Origin: Mustelus asterias
Taxonomy: Eukaryota
Reading direction: 5' to 3'
Length of the DNA stretch: 64,000 bases
Assembly (NCBI RefSeq): GCF_964213995.1
Contig: NC_135815.1
Span: 17,670,001-17,734,000, forward strand
Part shown: in pieces, positions 1 to 13,107 of the stretch
Layout of the letters: every line of letters starts with the position of its first letter
How positions within the stretch are numbered: position 1 is the first letter of the stretch
Made by a program: the position numbers and the translations under genes
Notes under the pieces: model-generated
What the model was told of the DNA's origin: nothing
What the model saw: the letters and a program-made list of their open reading frames with translations, nothing else
Database searches by the model: none

Positions 1-3000
1 ATTCTTCCATTGAGCTAATGTCTAATCCAATTTACTACCTCTCCATGTATACCTAGCGACTGAACCTTCCTAACTAACCTCCCATGCGGGACCTTGTCAA
101 AGGCCTTACTGAAGTCCATGTAGACAACATCCACTGCCTTCCCTTCATCCACTTTCCTGGTAACCTCCTCGAAAAACTCTAATAGATTGGTTAAACATCA
201 CCTACCACGCACAAAGCCATGTTGACTCTCCCTAATAAGTCCCTGTCTATCCAAATATTTGTAGATCCTATCTCTTAGTACTCCTTCCAATAATTTACCT
301 ACTACTGACGTCAAACTTACCGGCCTATAATTTCCCGCATTACGTTTTGAGCCTTTTTTAAACAACGGAACAACATGAGCTATCCTCCAATCATCCGGCA
401 CCTCACCCGTGGATACCGACATTTTAAATATATCTGCCAGGGCCCCTGCAATTTCAACACTAGTCTCCTTCAAGGTCCAAGGGAATACCCTGTCCGGTCC
501 TGGGGATTTATCCACTCTGATTTGCCTCAAGACAGGTCCAAGGGAATACCCTGTCCGGTCCTGGGGATTTATCCACTCTGATTTGCCTCAAGACAGCAAG
601 CACTTCCTCCCCTTTAATCTGTATAGGTTCCATGACCTCCCTACTTGTTTGCCTTATTTCCATAGACTCCATGCCAGTTTCCTTAGTAAATACGGATGTA
701 AAAAAACCCATTTAATATCTCCCCCATTTCTTTTGGTTCCATACATAGCCGACCACTCTGATCTTCAAGAGGACCAATTTTATCCCTTACTATCCTTTTG
801 TTCTTAATATACCTGTAGAAGCTCTTAGGATTATCCTTCACCTTGTCTACCAAAGCAACCTCATGTCTTCTTTTAGCACTCCTGATTTCTTTCTTAATTA
901 GTTTCTTGCACTTTTTATACTCCTCAAGCATCTTATTTGCTCCCTGTTGCCTATACATGTCATACATCTCTCTCTTCTTCTTTATCAGAGTTCCAGTATC
1001 CCTCGAGAACCAAGGTTCCTTATTCTTATTCACTTTGCCTTTAATCCTGACAGGAACATACAAACTCTGCACTCTCAAAATTTCTCCTTTGAAGGCCTCC
1101 CACTTACCAATCACATCCTTGCCAGAGAACAGCTTGTCCCAATCCACGCTTTTTAGATCCTTTCTCATTTCTTCAAATTTGGCCTTTTTCCAGTTTAGAA
1201 CCTCAACCCGAGGACCAGATCTATCTTTATCCATGATCAAGTTGAAACTAATGGCGTTATGATCACTGGAACCAAAGTGTTCCCCTACACACACTTCCGT
1301 CACTTGTCCTAACTCGTTTCCTAATAGGAGATCTAATATTGCATCCTCTCTAGTTGGTACCTCCATATATTGATTTAGAAAATTTTCCTGAACACATTTT
1401 ACAAACTCTAACCCGTCTAGAATAACAGTATGGGAGTCCCAATCTATATGTGGAAAATAAAAATCCCCTACTATCACAACTTTATGTTTCCTGCAGTTGT
1501 CTGCTATCTCTCTGCAGATTTGCTCCTCCAATTCTCGCTGACTATTGGGTGGTCTATAATACACCCCCATTAATGTGGTCATACCTTTCCTGTTTCTCAG
1601 CTCCATCCATATGGCCTCGGTAGACAAGCTCTCTCATCTGTCCTGCCTGAGCACTGCTGTAACATTTTCCCTGACTAGCAATGCCACCCCCCCACCCTTC
1701 ATCCCTCTGCCTCTATCACGTCTGAAACATCGGAACCCTGGGACATTGAGCTGCCAGTCCTGCCCCTCCTGTAGCCAAGTTTCACTAATGGCTATAATGT
1801 CATAATTCCACGTGTCAATCCACGCCCTCAGCTCGTCTGCCTTCCCCACAATACTCCTGACATTGAAATAGACATACCTCAGAAGATTATTATCACCACA
1901 CACAACCCTTCTATTTGTGATTTTGCATGAACTATTATCATTTATTTTCACCCCAGCTCCACTATCTGCTCTGGCACTCTGGTTCCCATCCCCCTGCAAA
2001 TCTAGTTTAAACCCTCCCCAATAACACTAGCAAACCTCCCTGCAAGTATATTGGTCTCCTTGTAGTTCAGGTGTAACCTGTCTCTCTTGTACAGGTCCCA
2101 CCTGCCCCAGAAGAGGTTCCAATGATCTAGAAATCTGAAACCCTGCCTCCTACACCAGTTGCTCAGCCACGTGTTCATCCGCCCGAGCATCCTACTCTTA
2201 CCCTCACTGGCACGTGGCACAGGTAGCAATCCTGAGATTACTACCCTCGGGGTCCTGCTTTTTAACTTCCTACCAAGCTCTCTATACTCACTCTTCAGGA
2301 CCTCCTCACTCTTCCTTCCTACGTCATTGGTACCAATGTGTACCATGACATCTGGCTGATCACCCTCCCACTTCAGAATGTTGTGCACTCGATCAGAGAC
2401 ATCCCTGACCCTGGCACCCGGGAGGCAACAAACCATCCGGGAGTCTCTGTCACGACTACAGAACCTCCTGTCTGTACCTCTGACTATCGAGTCCCCTATC
2501 ACTACCGCTCTTCTCTTCTTCCACCCTCCCTTCTGCGCTGCAGAACCAGACTCAGTGCCAGAGATCCGGCTGCCGCAGCTTGCCCCAGGTAAGGCATCCC
2601 CCACAACAGTATCCAAATCGGTATACCTGTTGTGGAGGGGAACCCTGCCCTGTCTGCCCTTTCCCTCGCTTGACGGTAACCCAATTACCTGTGCTCTGTG
2701 CCTTTGGCGTAACTGCCTCCCTGAAGCTACTATCTATAAACTCCTCATTCTCCCGAATGATCCGGAGGTCATCCAGCTCCTGCTCCAGTTCCCTAACGCA
2801 GTTTGTTAGGAGCTGCAGCTGGATGCACCTCCTGCAGGTGTCGTTGTCAGGGACACCGAAAGTCTCCCTGACTTCCCACATCCTGCAAGAGAAGCATTCC
2901 AACATCCTGCCTGGCATTCTTTCTACTCTGAAGAAACAAAAACATCTTACCGGAACCTACCCTCGCCTCTGCCTGTTCATGCCGAAGCCTGTTTGAGCCA

Positions 3001-3255
3001 AAGCCGTCCCACTCTGCTCCCTCTCACTCCGCCGCCCGCTGGATAGAGTGGCCTGCTTTTTAAACCTTCTGCGTGCTACTGGCTGACATCAGGCGCCTGC
3101 GCAGTCTCGCGTTCCACTCGCTGCCTCCCTTGCTCCGACTCAAAAAATTCACTGGGGCCTACTTCCGGTTTTACACTCCCGGCTGCTTTAGAGAAAAGAA
3201 AACTCCGAAAAAAAGAGTAAGTTAAAAATACCTCTTACCTACTAGCTCTCCTCAC
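1..3255 (-). mobile_element. CR1-clade LINE, 5' part: ORF1 (Cys motif/coiled coil + SGNH esterase) and ORF2 (APE endonuclease, start of RT); frameshifted, runs off the window
   Basis: ORF 2552-2917 has CxxC...CxxC followed by a leucine-rich coil. ORF 2002-2616 has GDSIVRG/HIGTND/DRLHLN esterase motifs. ORFs 1634-1999 and 683-1627 have APE motifs (NVRSI, SETWL, GVYYRPP, GDF, SDHN). ORF 198-530 has KSPGPD...[10 protein letters not shown]. Confidence 0.93.
473..594. repeat. Exact 61-bp tandem duplication inside CR1 ORF2
   Basis: 473-533 is repeated at 534-594 (aggtccaagggaataccctg...tgcctcaagac) and shifts the frame. Confidence 0.9.
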
Positions 3256-3259
3256 TTGA

Positions 3260-4603
3260 ACCACCATTATGAAGTGCTTCAAAAGGTTAGTCATGGCACA
3301 AATCAATTCCTGCCTCCCAGACTGCCTGGATCCACTACAATTCGCCTATCGCTGCAACAGGTCCAAGACAGACACCATCTCCCCGGCCCTACACTCAACA
3401 CTGGAACACCTAGATAACAAAGTCACCTGGAGTCATAGAGGTTTACAGCATGGAAACAGGCCCTTCGGCCCAACTTGTCCATGCCGCCCTTACCTATGTC
3501 AGACTCCTATTCATAGACTACAGCTCAGCCTTTAACACCATTATTCCTACAAGATTCATCTCCAAACTTCGTGGCCTGGGGCTCGGTTCCTCCCTCTTGA
3601 GACTGGATCCTGAACATCCTAACACACAGACTGCCATCAGTAAGGATAGGCAACAGCACCACTTCCACGATCATCCTCAACACTGGTGCTGCACAAGGCT
3701 GTGTCCTCAGCCCCTTACTATACTCCTTATAAACCTTTGACAGCATGGCCAAATTCCCCTCCAACTCGATTTTCAAATTTGCTGATGACGCCACCATTGT
3801 GGGTCAGATCTCAAATAACGATGAGAGAGTACAGGAAAGGCAAGAGAATCTGGTGAACTGGTGCGATGACAATAATCTCAATGTCAACAAAACGAAGAAG
3901 ATAGTCATCGACTTCAGGAAGTGTAGTGGAGGGCATGTCCCTGTCTACATCAATGGGGACGAAGTAGAAATGTCAGGAGCTTTAATTTTTTAGATGTCCA
4001 GATCACTAACAACCTGTCCTGGTCCCTCCATGCAGACGCTATAGTTAAGAAAACCCACCAACGCCTCTACTTTCTCAGGAGACTAAGGAACTTTGGCACG
4101 TCCGCTACAACTCATACTAACTTCTACAGATGCACCATAGAAAGCATTTTTTCCGGTTGTATCACAGCTGTTGTTCTGTCCAAGACTGCAAAAAACTACA
4201 AAGGGTCGTGAACGAAACCCAGTCCATCACTCAAATCAGCTTCCCATCTATTGACACACTCTACACTTCCCGCTGCCCCAGAAGTGCAGTCAGCATAATC
4301 AAAGACTCCACGCACCCTGGACATACTCTTTTCCACCTTCTTCCATCAGGAAAAAGATACAAAAGTCTGAGATTACGTACCAACCAACTCAAAAATAGCT
4401 TCTTCCCTGCTGCCATCAGACTTTTGGATACACCTACCTCACATTAAGTTGATCTTTCTCTACACCCTAGCTATGACTGCAATACTACATTCTGCACTCT
4501 CTCCTTTCCTTCCCTATGTACCGTATGCTTTGTATGAATAGCGTGCAAGAAACAATATGTTTCACTGTATACTAATACATGTGACAATAATAAATCAAAT
4601 CAA
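3260..4603 (+). mobile_element. Rex1/Babar-like LINE, 5'-truncated RT region and 3' tail; a short inverted CR1 3' end is inserted at about 3431-3490
   Basis: Fragmented RT peptides [42 protein letters not shown] and LKNSFFPAAIRLL; the tail reads aataaatcaaatcaa. Confidence 0.8.
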
Positions 4604-6115
4604 TCTCAAAAAGGCACAGGCATTTTTTAAAAAAAGAACAGTACCCTCATCTATCAGGAGTGTAATAGGTATTTCTCTTTGGACTCTTTCATGTCTTTAG
4701 ATTTGAGTCGAATGCCAAGAAATACCTTAAATTAATTTATATTTTTCAACAAATTGATGTGGTGCACGGCACTTTCATGGGATGTGGGTGGCACTGGCTA
4801 GGCCAGCATTTATTGCCCATCTTTAATGATTCCAAGGATCATTAATTTGATCCCTACTTTATCCCAGTGAGAACAAAATTATTTATTTTCCTGTGTCCTT
4901 GCAATTGAAGGGGGCTGGGGGCAGGGGAAAATTAAAGTTTTTATTAAAGCTAAAGTTTTTATTAGTCACAAGTAAGACTTATATTAACATTGCAATGAAG
5001 TTAATGTGAAATTCCCTTCTACTAGATTTTCACTCTATTACCATACAGAAAATGTATGTGTGATATTTGGATAGGGACAAGATTAAGGTCAGCAGTCATT
5101 AGCATCCTCAAAGAACCAGTCTGCCAACATGCAAAAATAGCTGTTGGTACCAATGAAACTGTACCACAGCAGAAGGCAAATATATTCAATCAAAAAGGGG
5201 AGAGGGAAGGATCGTTGGGTTAAATTCACTGGCGGCAGGATGAGTCCTTTAAGTGACCATTAATTTTCCATTTAAGGCCCTCAATTTGCAGCAGCCAGAA
5301 GTGGACCATGGGTCTTCCTGCCCCAGATTTTATTGGCAAAGGTGGGAGGGGGCTCACACGCCAACCTCTTGCCTGATTAAACACCCTCCTTGCCTCCAAT
5401 TATGCCATGAAAGGGGCACAAAATTTCCCAACAAGTCTGATTCTTTCAATCTTCGCTTCTGGGCTTGAATTTGATCTTCTCTTTTAAAGAACAAAAAGTA
5501 AAATAAAACATAGGTCAAAAGATCATTATGGATAACAATTTGTCATTCTACCAGTCTTCTTTCATCCTTTCAGAATGAACCCATAAAAATGCATTTTATG
5601 TTGGTACTTTATTGTACATACTGGTTGGTGACAGTTAAAAGCAAATGGTAGTCTAGGTAAATAGTGCATTGTGCCAGAGTGTGAGGAAGGAGTTTCATGG
5701 ATGTGATACTGAATGTGCGTTTAATATGTCACATTGAAAAAGCTTCCAGAAATTAGCTGATAAGCTCTGATATAACAACACTTAGTTTTTTATTAAACAG
5801 CAATAGGTATTAAATGGAAATGATGGCTTTGCATTTACTAAATCTTTGGTTTGGATACCCTCAATCATTCTGAATCTGAATAAAACTTTAAAGTAACACC
5901 AAAATGTAATCAACAAAGCACATCACCCCTTCCTCTCTTTTTTGGCACAATTCTAAAATACTCTCAAATTCCGCAATTATTGCTTTAGTGCTGAATGAAC
6001 AATTGTGCTCTTGCATTTATAAAATATTGATTAGCCTGATGCATGTCAGTACAGGATAAATTTTCACGGTAAAATGTTACGTGTCAATCAAAGGGAAAAG
6101 GACCCACATTCCTAC

Positions 6116-6196
6116 CTTTCTTTGAGTATAAAGAGAGCCCCGAGCTGTGCCAGGACAGTGGCAGCGAACACTGCTAATACTTCAAACCTCTCAAAC
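6116..6196 (-). CDS. SLC30A6: Zinc transporter 6 (ZnT6), internal exon, 81 nt
   Basis: Bounded by ag/gt; encodes (G)FERFEVLAVFAATVLAQLGALFILKE(S), nearly identical to recalled human ZnT6 GFERLEVLAVFASTVLAQLGALFILKES. Confidence 0.93.
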
Positions 6197-7042
6197 CTGA
6201 AATTTAAGCATCAGGCAGGAAAACAAGTGTCACGATTGTAAAACAATCCATGCATGGTTCTCAGTAATGCATAAGCTATTCCACGCAGAGTAGAAATAGG
6301 TGCAAGATATAACTAAAACAGCTCGAACATATCATTCACTAACCCCCCCAATTAATGCTAAAACCTTTAAGATGGTCGAAATAAAAGTTCCTGATTTCAA
6401 CTGACGAATGCAATCCCATTCAGGTAAAAAAAAAAGTAAGGTCACTTTCAAATACGTTGGTTATAGATCTTATCTTGAAAATAAATTTAAATTTAATACA
6501 TTTAAAACTAACATTATACATAGCTGAATCTTACTGTTAAATTAAATTTCAGGAAGATTCAATAAATTTCAAATGCATTTTCCTGTTCCAAATTTTTTCC
6601 TTCCAGGGATATTTCTTCTGCGAGGAGCAACTAGAGAAATAAAATCAATATGATTTGTCTTTCAGGCAAGACGTTAAACCATAGTCTGTCCTCTTGATAA
6701 AACACAGAAGATCCCATGGCATTACTTTGAAAAACAAGGACTTCTTGATCATTTTTAATTCCTCAACCAATGTCACAGAATCACAGGCACAGAATTTAGG
6801 AGCAGGAGTAGGGCTGTTTGGCCTTTCGAGCCTGCTTTGTCACTCAATAAGATCATGGCTGATCTGATTGCAATCTCAACTCCAGTTTCTTGTCTGTCCC
6901 CCGCCCCCGGTAATCCTGGATTCCGTTGTCTATCAAAATTCTATCCATATCAGCTACCACTGTTTTACAGGAAAGAGAATTCCAGAGAGAAAAATATTTT
7001 CCTCACTCAATATTTTCTTAAACTGTTTACCTAGTTCTAAGT

Positions 7043-7625
7043 CGGAATTCTTCCAAAGAAATTCTAATGTCGAATCCGTGTGAAAACTGGAGTAATTAAC
7101 GCTGATTTTTTTCAGTGGGAGTTCAGAGAAGAATCTCCCACACTCACTGCAGAGGTCACCAGCGTGAATATCATTAAAAATCAGGGGACGGGGCACATTC
7201 CTGCTGGAGAGGCTGAAATCAGCGCACTGAGTGGGCTACTGTGCATGCACCAATCTGTCAGTGCCGAGATCAGCCCATGCGCAGTGGCCCCGCACTGATG
7301 GCCTCCCGATTGCTGGCCAGCCCCGTGATCCCCGCAACACAGCTCCCCCCCCCCCCCCCCGCCCTCCCCACAGCCCGATCGCTGGCCCTCCCGACCATTG
7401 CTGAGCCCAGCCCCAATCCCCCCCCGATCGCCGTGATCTCCAGCCCCTCTGCGCCGACTTCCAATCATCCCCCCCCCCCCCATCCCACTCTGATCGCTGG
7501 CCTCTCTGCTTCCCCCACCGATCCCTATGCAGAGTAGCAGCTGAAGCCCCCACCACTCCACCAATTGCCCCCTAGGCCCCGCCCTCTTGGCATTGTCCCA
7601 TGCACGTTGGGCAGTGCCAAGATGC
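7043..7625. mobile_element. Non-autonomous repeat (MITE-like family); related copies in opposite orientation at about 44540-45545 and 47400-47970
   Basis: The shared core tgaaatcagc...gggctactgtgcatgcaccaatctgtcagtgccgagatc occurs reverse-complemented in the other two copies; GC-rich and non-coding. Confidence 0.65.
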
Positions 7626-7699
7626 CCCTAGTTTCTAGGTGTCCAGATCACCAACCTGTCCTGGGAGGCAAACCCAACCTCCCATCCACTGACTCTGTC

Positions 7700-7899
7700 N
7701 NNNNNNNNNNNNNNNNNNNNNNNNNNNNNNNNNNNNNNNNNNNNNNNNNNNNNNNNNNNNNNNNNNNNNNNNNNNNNNNNNNNNNNNNNNNNNNNNNNNN
7801 NNNNNNNNNNNNNNNNNNNNNNNNNNNNNNNNNNNNNNNNNNNNNNNNNNNNNNNNNNNNNNNNNNNNNNNNNNNNNNNNNNNNNNNNNNNNNNNNNNN
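7700..7899. other. Assembly gap (200 N), probably hiding several SLC30A6 exons
   Basis: Run of Ns; the expected ZnT6 exons encoding GTIHLF...YSF were not found between 6197 and 7964. Confidence 0.9.
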
Positions 7900-7964
7900 T
7901 CCTCAACCCTCCTCCCCAACCCTCCTCCTCAACCCTCCTCCTCAACCCTCCTCCTCACCCTCAC

Positions 7965-8139
7965 CTTCCTCTTCTTGCACATTCACCACATCCACCGCCA
8001 CCATGTCCGGCTTGCCCAGGTCGATGCCAAACGGGGAGATCTTCCTCTCAGTCACCCCCGAGGGCACCACATCGGGTTTGGGCCCGAATTTGCGGGGGTA
8101 ATAATCCCCGCTGAGGAACCGGGACGTGTCGTCCGCCAT
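7965..8139 (-). CDS. SLC30A6: Probable first coding exon of SLC30A6 (MADDTSRFLSGDYY...MVAVDVVNVQEEE)
   Basis: Strong Kozak context aagATGG, CpG-rich, GC box just upstream, donor G|gtgagg. Same strand as and upstream of the ZnT6 exon. MVAVDV resembles the recalled zebrafish ZnT6 N-terminus (MVALDV). Linkage across the gap is inferred. Confidence 0.6.
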
Positions 8140-8358
8140 CTTCAACCGCCAGCTTGGAGCCGCCCCGCCCCCACCGGCACCTTAAAGCTGGACCCCCACC
8201 CCAAAAAGACTCACCCAGCCTCAATAAACAACACTCAGCAAATAAAATACTCCATTCACACTAAATCCGCCGGACCGAAATATAATAATTATCCTTAATC
8301 CCTTCAAAATGAATTATGATCCATAGATAGAAAATATATCATGAACTATTTATTCTCC

Positions 8359-8486
8359 AAAAGCAAATTACTGCGGATGCTGGAATCTGAAACCAAAAAA
8401 GAAAACGCTGGAAAATCTCAGCAGGTCTGGCAGCATCTGTAAGGAGAAAAAAGAGCTGACGTTTCGAGTCCAGATGACGCTTTGTC
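8359..8486 (-). mobile_element. Short PLE-type 3' terminal fragment with a degenerate hammerhead (same family at about 39981-40110, 35395-35465 and 58424-58552)
   Basis: aaaagcaaattactgcggatgctggaatctgaaa...gagctgacgtttcgagtccagatgac; the reverse strand reads gtcatctggactcGAAACGTCA. A related end borders the GIY-YIG remnant at 17660-18590. Confidence 0.65.
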
Positions 8487-8644
8487 CCTGTGTTTATTTT
8501 ATGTTTAATATAGTATTTGATAAACCAACAAAATGGGAATTTTCAGCCAATTAGTACAAACAGATAACTGGAACAAGGGCAGCCAACCATCAAATTTTGT
8601 TAAGGTTTGCTGCCAAAGGAACCAGAAATAATACATTAAAAAAA

Positions 8645-8936
8645 GTTTATTTATTCATGTCACAAGTAGGCTTACATTAACACTGCAATGAAGTTACTGT
8701 GAAAGTCCCCAAGTCGCCACACTCCGGCGCCTGTTCAGGTACACGAGGGAGAATTTAGCACGGCCAACACACCTAACCAGCACGTCTTTCAGGCTGTGAG
8801 AGGAAACCGGAGCACCCAGAGGAAACCCACGCAGACACGGGGAGAACATGAAAACTCCACACAGACAGTGACCCAAGCCGGGAATCGAACCTGGGTCCCT
8901 GGAGCTGAGGCAGCAGTGCTAACCACTGCGCCACCA
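8645..8936 (-). mobile_element. tRNA-derived SINE (shark HE1-like); related copies at about 10696-11033(-), 38305-38608(+), 38812-39085(-), 40270-40525(+) and 42888-43105(-, partial)
   Basis: The reverse strand has Pol III-like boxes ggtggcgcagtggttagc and ggttcgattccc, followed by a body shared among the copies. Confidence 0.75.
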
Positions 8937-9440
8937 TGAGATGTTGGAGAGTTGGATAAATCTGTAATTTTACTTTAAATGACTGCATGAGTGGGACAAA
9001 TACACATTATTTCAAAAGAGTAAAAGATATTTTTATGGGTGGTTTCTGGGTGGATGTAAAAAGTAAAATGGGATTAAATGTTCATTCATTGTTGGTAAAA
9101 TCTTGTTAAAAGTAAGTACTAATCCAGCTGGGGCTTTTGTCTGAACTCTGATTCAACACCAGACAGTTGTGACAGTTTGTGAAGTGAAGGGGGTTGTGGT
9201 GGGCTCTGAGCCCAGGCTGGGAATTCGAAATGGTGCAAACGCTTTTCTCTGGGCGGACGGTGTCCCGCTCGTCCCGCTGGAGTGAGTGAAGTGCGCAGAC
9301 TCGGGATCAGCCTGAGTGCTGGGCTGACACTGGGGAAGGTGAGAGTTTGTGAATTGTCCCGAATACAGCGGAAGGGGACAGGGATACAACACAAGGTCTC
9401 CGGCTATTCGGGAGTTCGCCTATAGTGTATCTGAATCCAG

Positions 9441-10400
9441 TGCTGAGGGTTCAGTGTCTCTGGGTACAGGCAGGTACTGAGGGTTCAGTGTCTCTGGGTA
9501 CAGGCAGGTACTGAGGGTTCAGTGTCTCTGGGTACAGGCAGGTACTGAGGGTTCAGTGTCTCTGGATACAGGCAGGTACTGAGGGTTCAGTGTCTCTGGG
9601 TACAGGCAGGTACTGAGGGGTCAGTGTCTCTGGGTACAGGCAGGTATTGAGGATTCAGTGTCTCTGAGTACAGGCAGGTACTGAGGGTTCAGTGTCTCTG
9701 GGTACAGGCAGGTATTGAGGATTCAGTGTCTCTGAGTACAGGCAGGTATTGAGGGTTCAGTGTCTCTGAGTACAGGCAGGTACTGAGGGTTCAGTGTCTC
9801 TGGGTACAGGCAGGTACTGAGGGTTCAGTGTCTCTGGGAACAGGCAGGTACTGAGGGTTCAGTGTCTCTGGGTACAGGCAGGTACTGAGGGTTCAGTGTC
9901 TCTGGGTACAGGCAGATACTGAGGGTTCAGTGTCTCTGGGTACAGGCAGGTACTGAAGGTTCAGTGTCTCTGGGTACAGGCAGGTACTGAGAGTTTAGTG
10001 TGGGTACAGGCTGGTACTGAGGGTTCAGTATCTCTGGGTACAGGCAGGTATTGAGGATTCAGTGTCTCTGAGTACAGGCAGGTACTGAGGGTTCAATGTC
10101 TCTGGGTACAGGCTGGTACTGAGGGTTCAGTGTCTCTGGGTACAGGCAGGTACTGAGGGTTCAGTGTCTCTGGGTACAGGGAGGTGCTGAGGGTTTGGTG
10201 TCTCAAGGTACAGGCAGATACAGAAGGTTCAGTGTCTCTGGGTACAAGCAGATGCTGAGGATTCAGTGTTCTTGGATACAGGCAGGTACTGTTCAATGAA
10301 TTTGGATACAGGTAGATGTCGAGTGTTCAGTATTCTGGATGCAGACAGGTGTTGAGTGTTCAATATCTCTGGGTACAGGCTGGATACTGAAGTTTTGTGT
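9441..10400. repeat. 34-bp minisatellite, roughly 24-28 units, decaying toward the 3' end
   Basis: Unit tactgagggttcagtgtctctgggtacaggcagg; period confirmed (9475, 9509, ...). Confidence 0.93.
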
Positions 10401-12624
10401 CTCTGGATACTGAAGATGCAGTCTTCATGGGTATGGATTGGATGTTGAGGGTTCATTGAATGGGTATAGATCATTAATTCAGTCTTTGTGCAGGTTATGG
10501 GTGCATACTAGTTGGTTGCAAGTGGTATTCAGCTTGTGGTCATGGCAGGAGGATTGCCTGACCACTGACTTGAGAAGTTGGTCATATCGTGGGACACCAA
10601 TAACTCAGTACCTGTTGGTTAATTGTTGCCTGTGTACTGTCATTTATCCTTGCTTTAATGCATTTTAATCAGATTAAACACAGTAATTGTGTTCATAGAA
10701 TCCATAGAATCCGTACAGTGCAGAAGGAGGCCATTTGGCCCATCGAGTCTGCACTGACAACAATCCCACCCCAAGCCCTATCCCCACGACCCCACACATT
10801 TACCCCGCTAATCCCTCTAACCTATACATCCCGGGACACTAAGGGGTAATTTAGTTTGGCCAATCAATCTAACCCACACATATTTGGATTGTGGGAGGAA
10901 ACCGGTGCATCCGGAGCAAACCCACGCAGACACGGGGAGAATGTGCAAACTCCACACAGACAAGTGACCCAAGCTGGGAATCGAACCCGGGTCCCTGGAG
11001 CTGTGAGGCAGCAGTGCTAACCACTTTGCCACCCAATGTATTCATAATGTGTGAAATTGTTAAGTCTTTTCTCTGGTATATTGTATAATGAATTTATCCT
11101 TGTGGCGTTATATTTTTGAGGTCTGCCTGCTGCTCATTATTTTGTAGCGGATATATGGTATGCATTTATAAACGATAACAATCAACAATGTCAAATACTA
11201 GATGACAAGTAGGAGTTAAGAAAAACATTCAAGGTGGAGGCTGAAAATAATCAGAGAGCTTTTGAGGATGTCCTTGAAGATGAATGAGGTTATAATAGAT
11301 TTCAGGTTTAGGAAGGAGATTCAGTGGAACTGGATTGTGAATACTTAAAAGTTGCTGGTGCTTGAGAGGGGTAAGAAAACACTTGACTAGGCTAGACAAG
11401 GCTGCAGACATAGCAAGACCATGAAAAGATTTATAAATGAACAAGGAAATTTTAATATCAAAGCTTTGGGAGTTGGGTAGCCAGTGTGATTAAGTGCGCA
11501 GTAATCGGCTCCGGGCAGGATGTGTGTGACAAAGTTAGAGCTTGTCTTGGGGTTAACTGAAGAGTTGGTGAGAACAGCATTGCAGAAGCCCACATTTAAA
11601 GTGAAATTTGAAGCTTGGCTCAGGTTTGAAGACAATACCATGTTTAGACATTTGAATTCAATTTGAGCAAGCTCTCTGAGAGGCAAGTAGGGAAGATGCA
11701 CAGTTTCTAGTAGGCTGACTTCACTGTTCTCACAGCAAAGATAGTGACTGATTTAGAGCATTGTTTGTGGCTTGAGGAGGAACTGGAGCCAAGGAGAGGC
11801 TTCTTCCATTAATTTATCGTCCAGGAGGTGCAGAACATGTGTGGCTTGAGAAAGGAGGAGTTCACTACCCAGTTTTATTCACTGGGTTGTCTCGTAGATG
11901 AGAAAAGCTGTAATCATTTTAAAGGAAAACTGTTCAACAGATTGAGAAAATTGTGGGTTCTGTTGGATGGGCAGAACGAGCACCCTCGTGTGCATCTATT
12001 TTGTGACATGCCTGTTTATTTTAATAAGTCACAGGTTGCTTTAGAAGATATGAAATTAAGTGTGGAGAAATTTACTTTTCGATATAATTAGCAACATTGC
12101 AAGTTACTCAAAACTGATCCTGTTCAAGACATCCATCGCAACATCAGGATATAAGGAATGTTGTGTTCCTTGTTAGGGAAAAGAGTATCAGTTGGGGTCA
12201 AAACAAATTTTTGACACTGTCTATAGATTTGTTGTGGCATGTTATTGTTTAGTGTTTTGACTGTCAAATCATCCTCAAGAAATGAAATAGTCTCAGTGGT
12301 GCTTTTGCCATATCTGCAAAGATATATCCGACAGTAATCTGCTTTTGTTTTCTCTCAACTTCACCACAGGAAATGTTCATTGATGGCACAGCCAAGATAA
12401 TTAAATAACTTGGAGTCAAATCTACTATTTGGTACAGTGTTCCATCTGAACACTGGCCACAGTCACTGATGCAAATTGTCATGCATATCGCCATTAGGGA
12501 ATATATCGTAAATGACAATTTAAAAAAAATTGTATTTGCTTATATCTTGTAAGATTAAGTACATAATTAATCACTGATTATTAAAGTTGCTCCATTTGGA
12601 ATAAGTTAACATTTTAATTCTTTG

Positions 12625-13045
12625 GTTCAGTTGGTAGCACCCTCACTTGAATCAGAAGGTTTATGTAGCACCCAGGACTTCAGCACAAATAAAATCAAGA
12701 TTGATACTTCAGTGGAGTACCGAGGGCATGCTGCACTGTCAGAGGTGCCTTCTTTCAGATGAGTTTTTAAACTGAGGTTTCATCTGTTCTCTCAGGTGAA
12801 TGTAAATGATCACAAAAACTAATTCAGAGAAGAACAGTGCAGTTATCCCCTCTGTCCTGAACAACATTTATCCCTCAAACAACATCATAAAAACAGATTA
12901 TCTTATTACATAACTGCTTTGTGGAATGAGCAAGTTGACTATAACATTTACTGCATTACAACAGTGACTACAATTCAGAAGTACTATTGGCTGTAAGGAC
13001 TTTGGGACATTTAAGGACATGAAATTGACCATTTAAATGCAAGTT
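12625..13045 (+). mobile_element. Deu-domain SINE (SacSINE1/AmnSINE-like); other copies at about 6650-6780, 37925-38270(-), 40920-41258 + 42395-42500 (split), 51680-51930(-) and 58620-58970
   Basis: tRNA-like head plus the conserved core gcactgtcagaggtgcc..tttcagatgag..ctcaggtg..aaagatcccatggcact..tttatccctca..acagtgactac. Confidence 0.65.
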
Positions 13046-13107
13046 TTTTGTACCTTGTAAACTACAATATTACAAACTGTTTATGGAATCCCCATTTCCC
13101 TTTAAGA

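Larger units (their letters stand above)
8140..9340. promoter_or_regulatory. Probable divergent promoter region for SLC30A6 and CEBPZOS, with a candidate non-coding CEBPZOS first exon ending at 9338
   Basis: GC box ccgccccgcccc at about 8160; CpG-rich patch at about 9225-9420; donor-like aag|gtgaga at 9339. The CEBPZOS ATG lies 1 nt after an acceptor, so an upstream UTR exon is required. Confidence 0.5.

Noticed and set aside
2002-2616. SGNH esterase ORF as a host enzyme
   Set aside because: An esterase domain is the known ORF1 of CR1-clade LINEs, and it sits directly upstream of the APE-RT ORF2.
8860-8936. tRNA-like sequence
   Set aside because: It is the head of a multi-copy SINE followed by the SINE body, not a tRNA gene.
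9441-10400. Regular 34-bp repeats as a possible CRISPR array
   Set aside because: The units are contiguous with no unique spacers, there are no cas genes and the context is vertebrate; it is a minisatellite.
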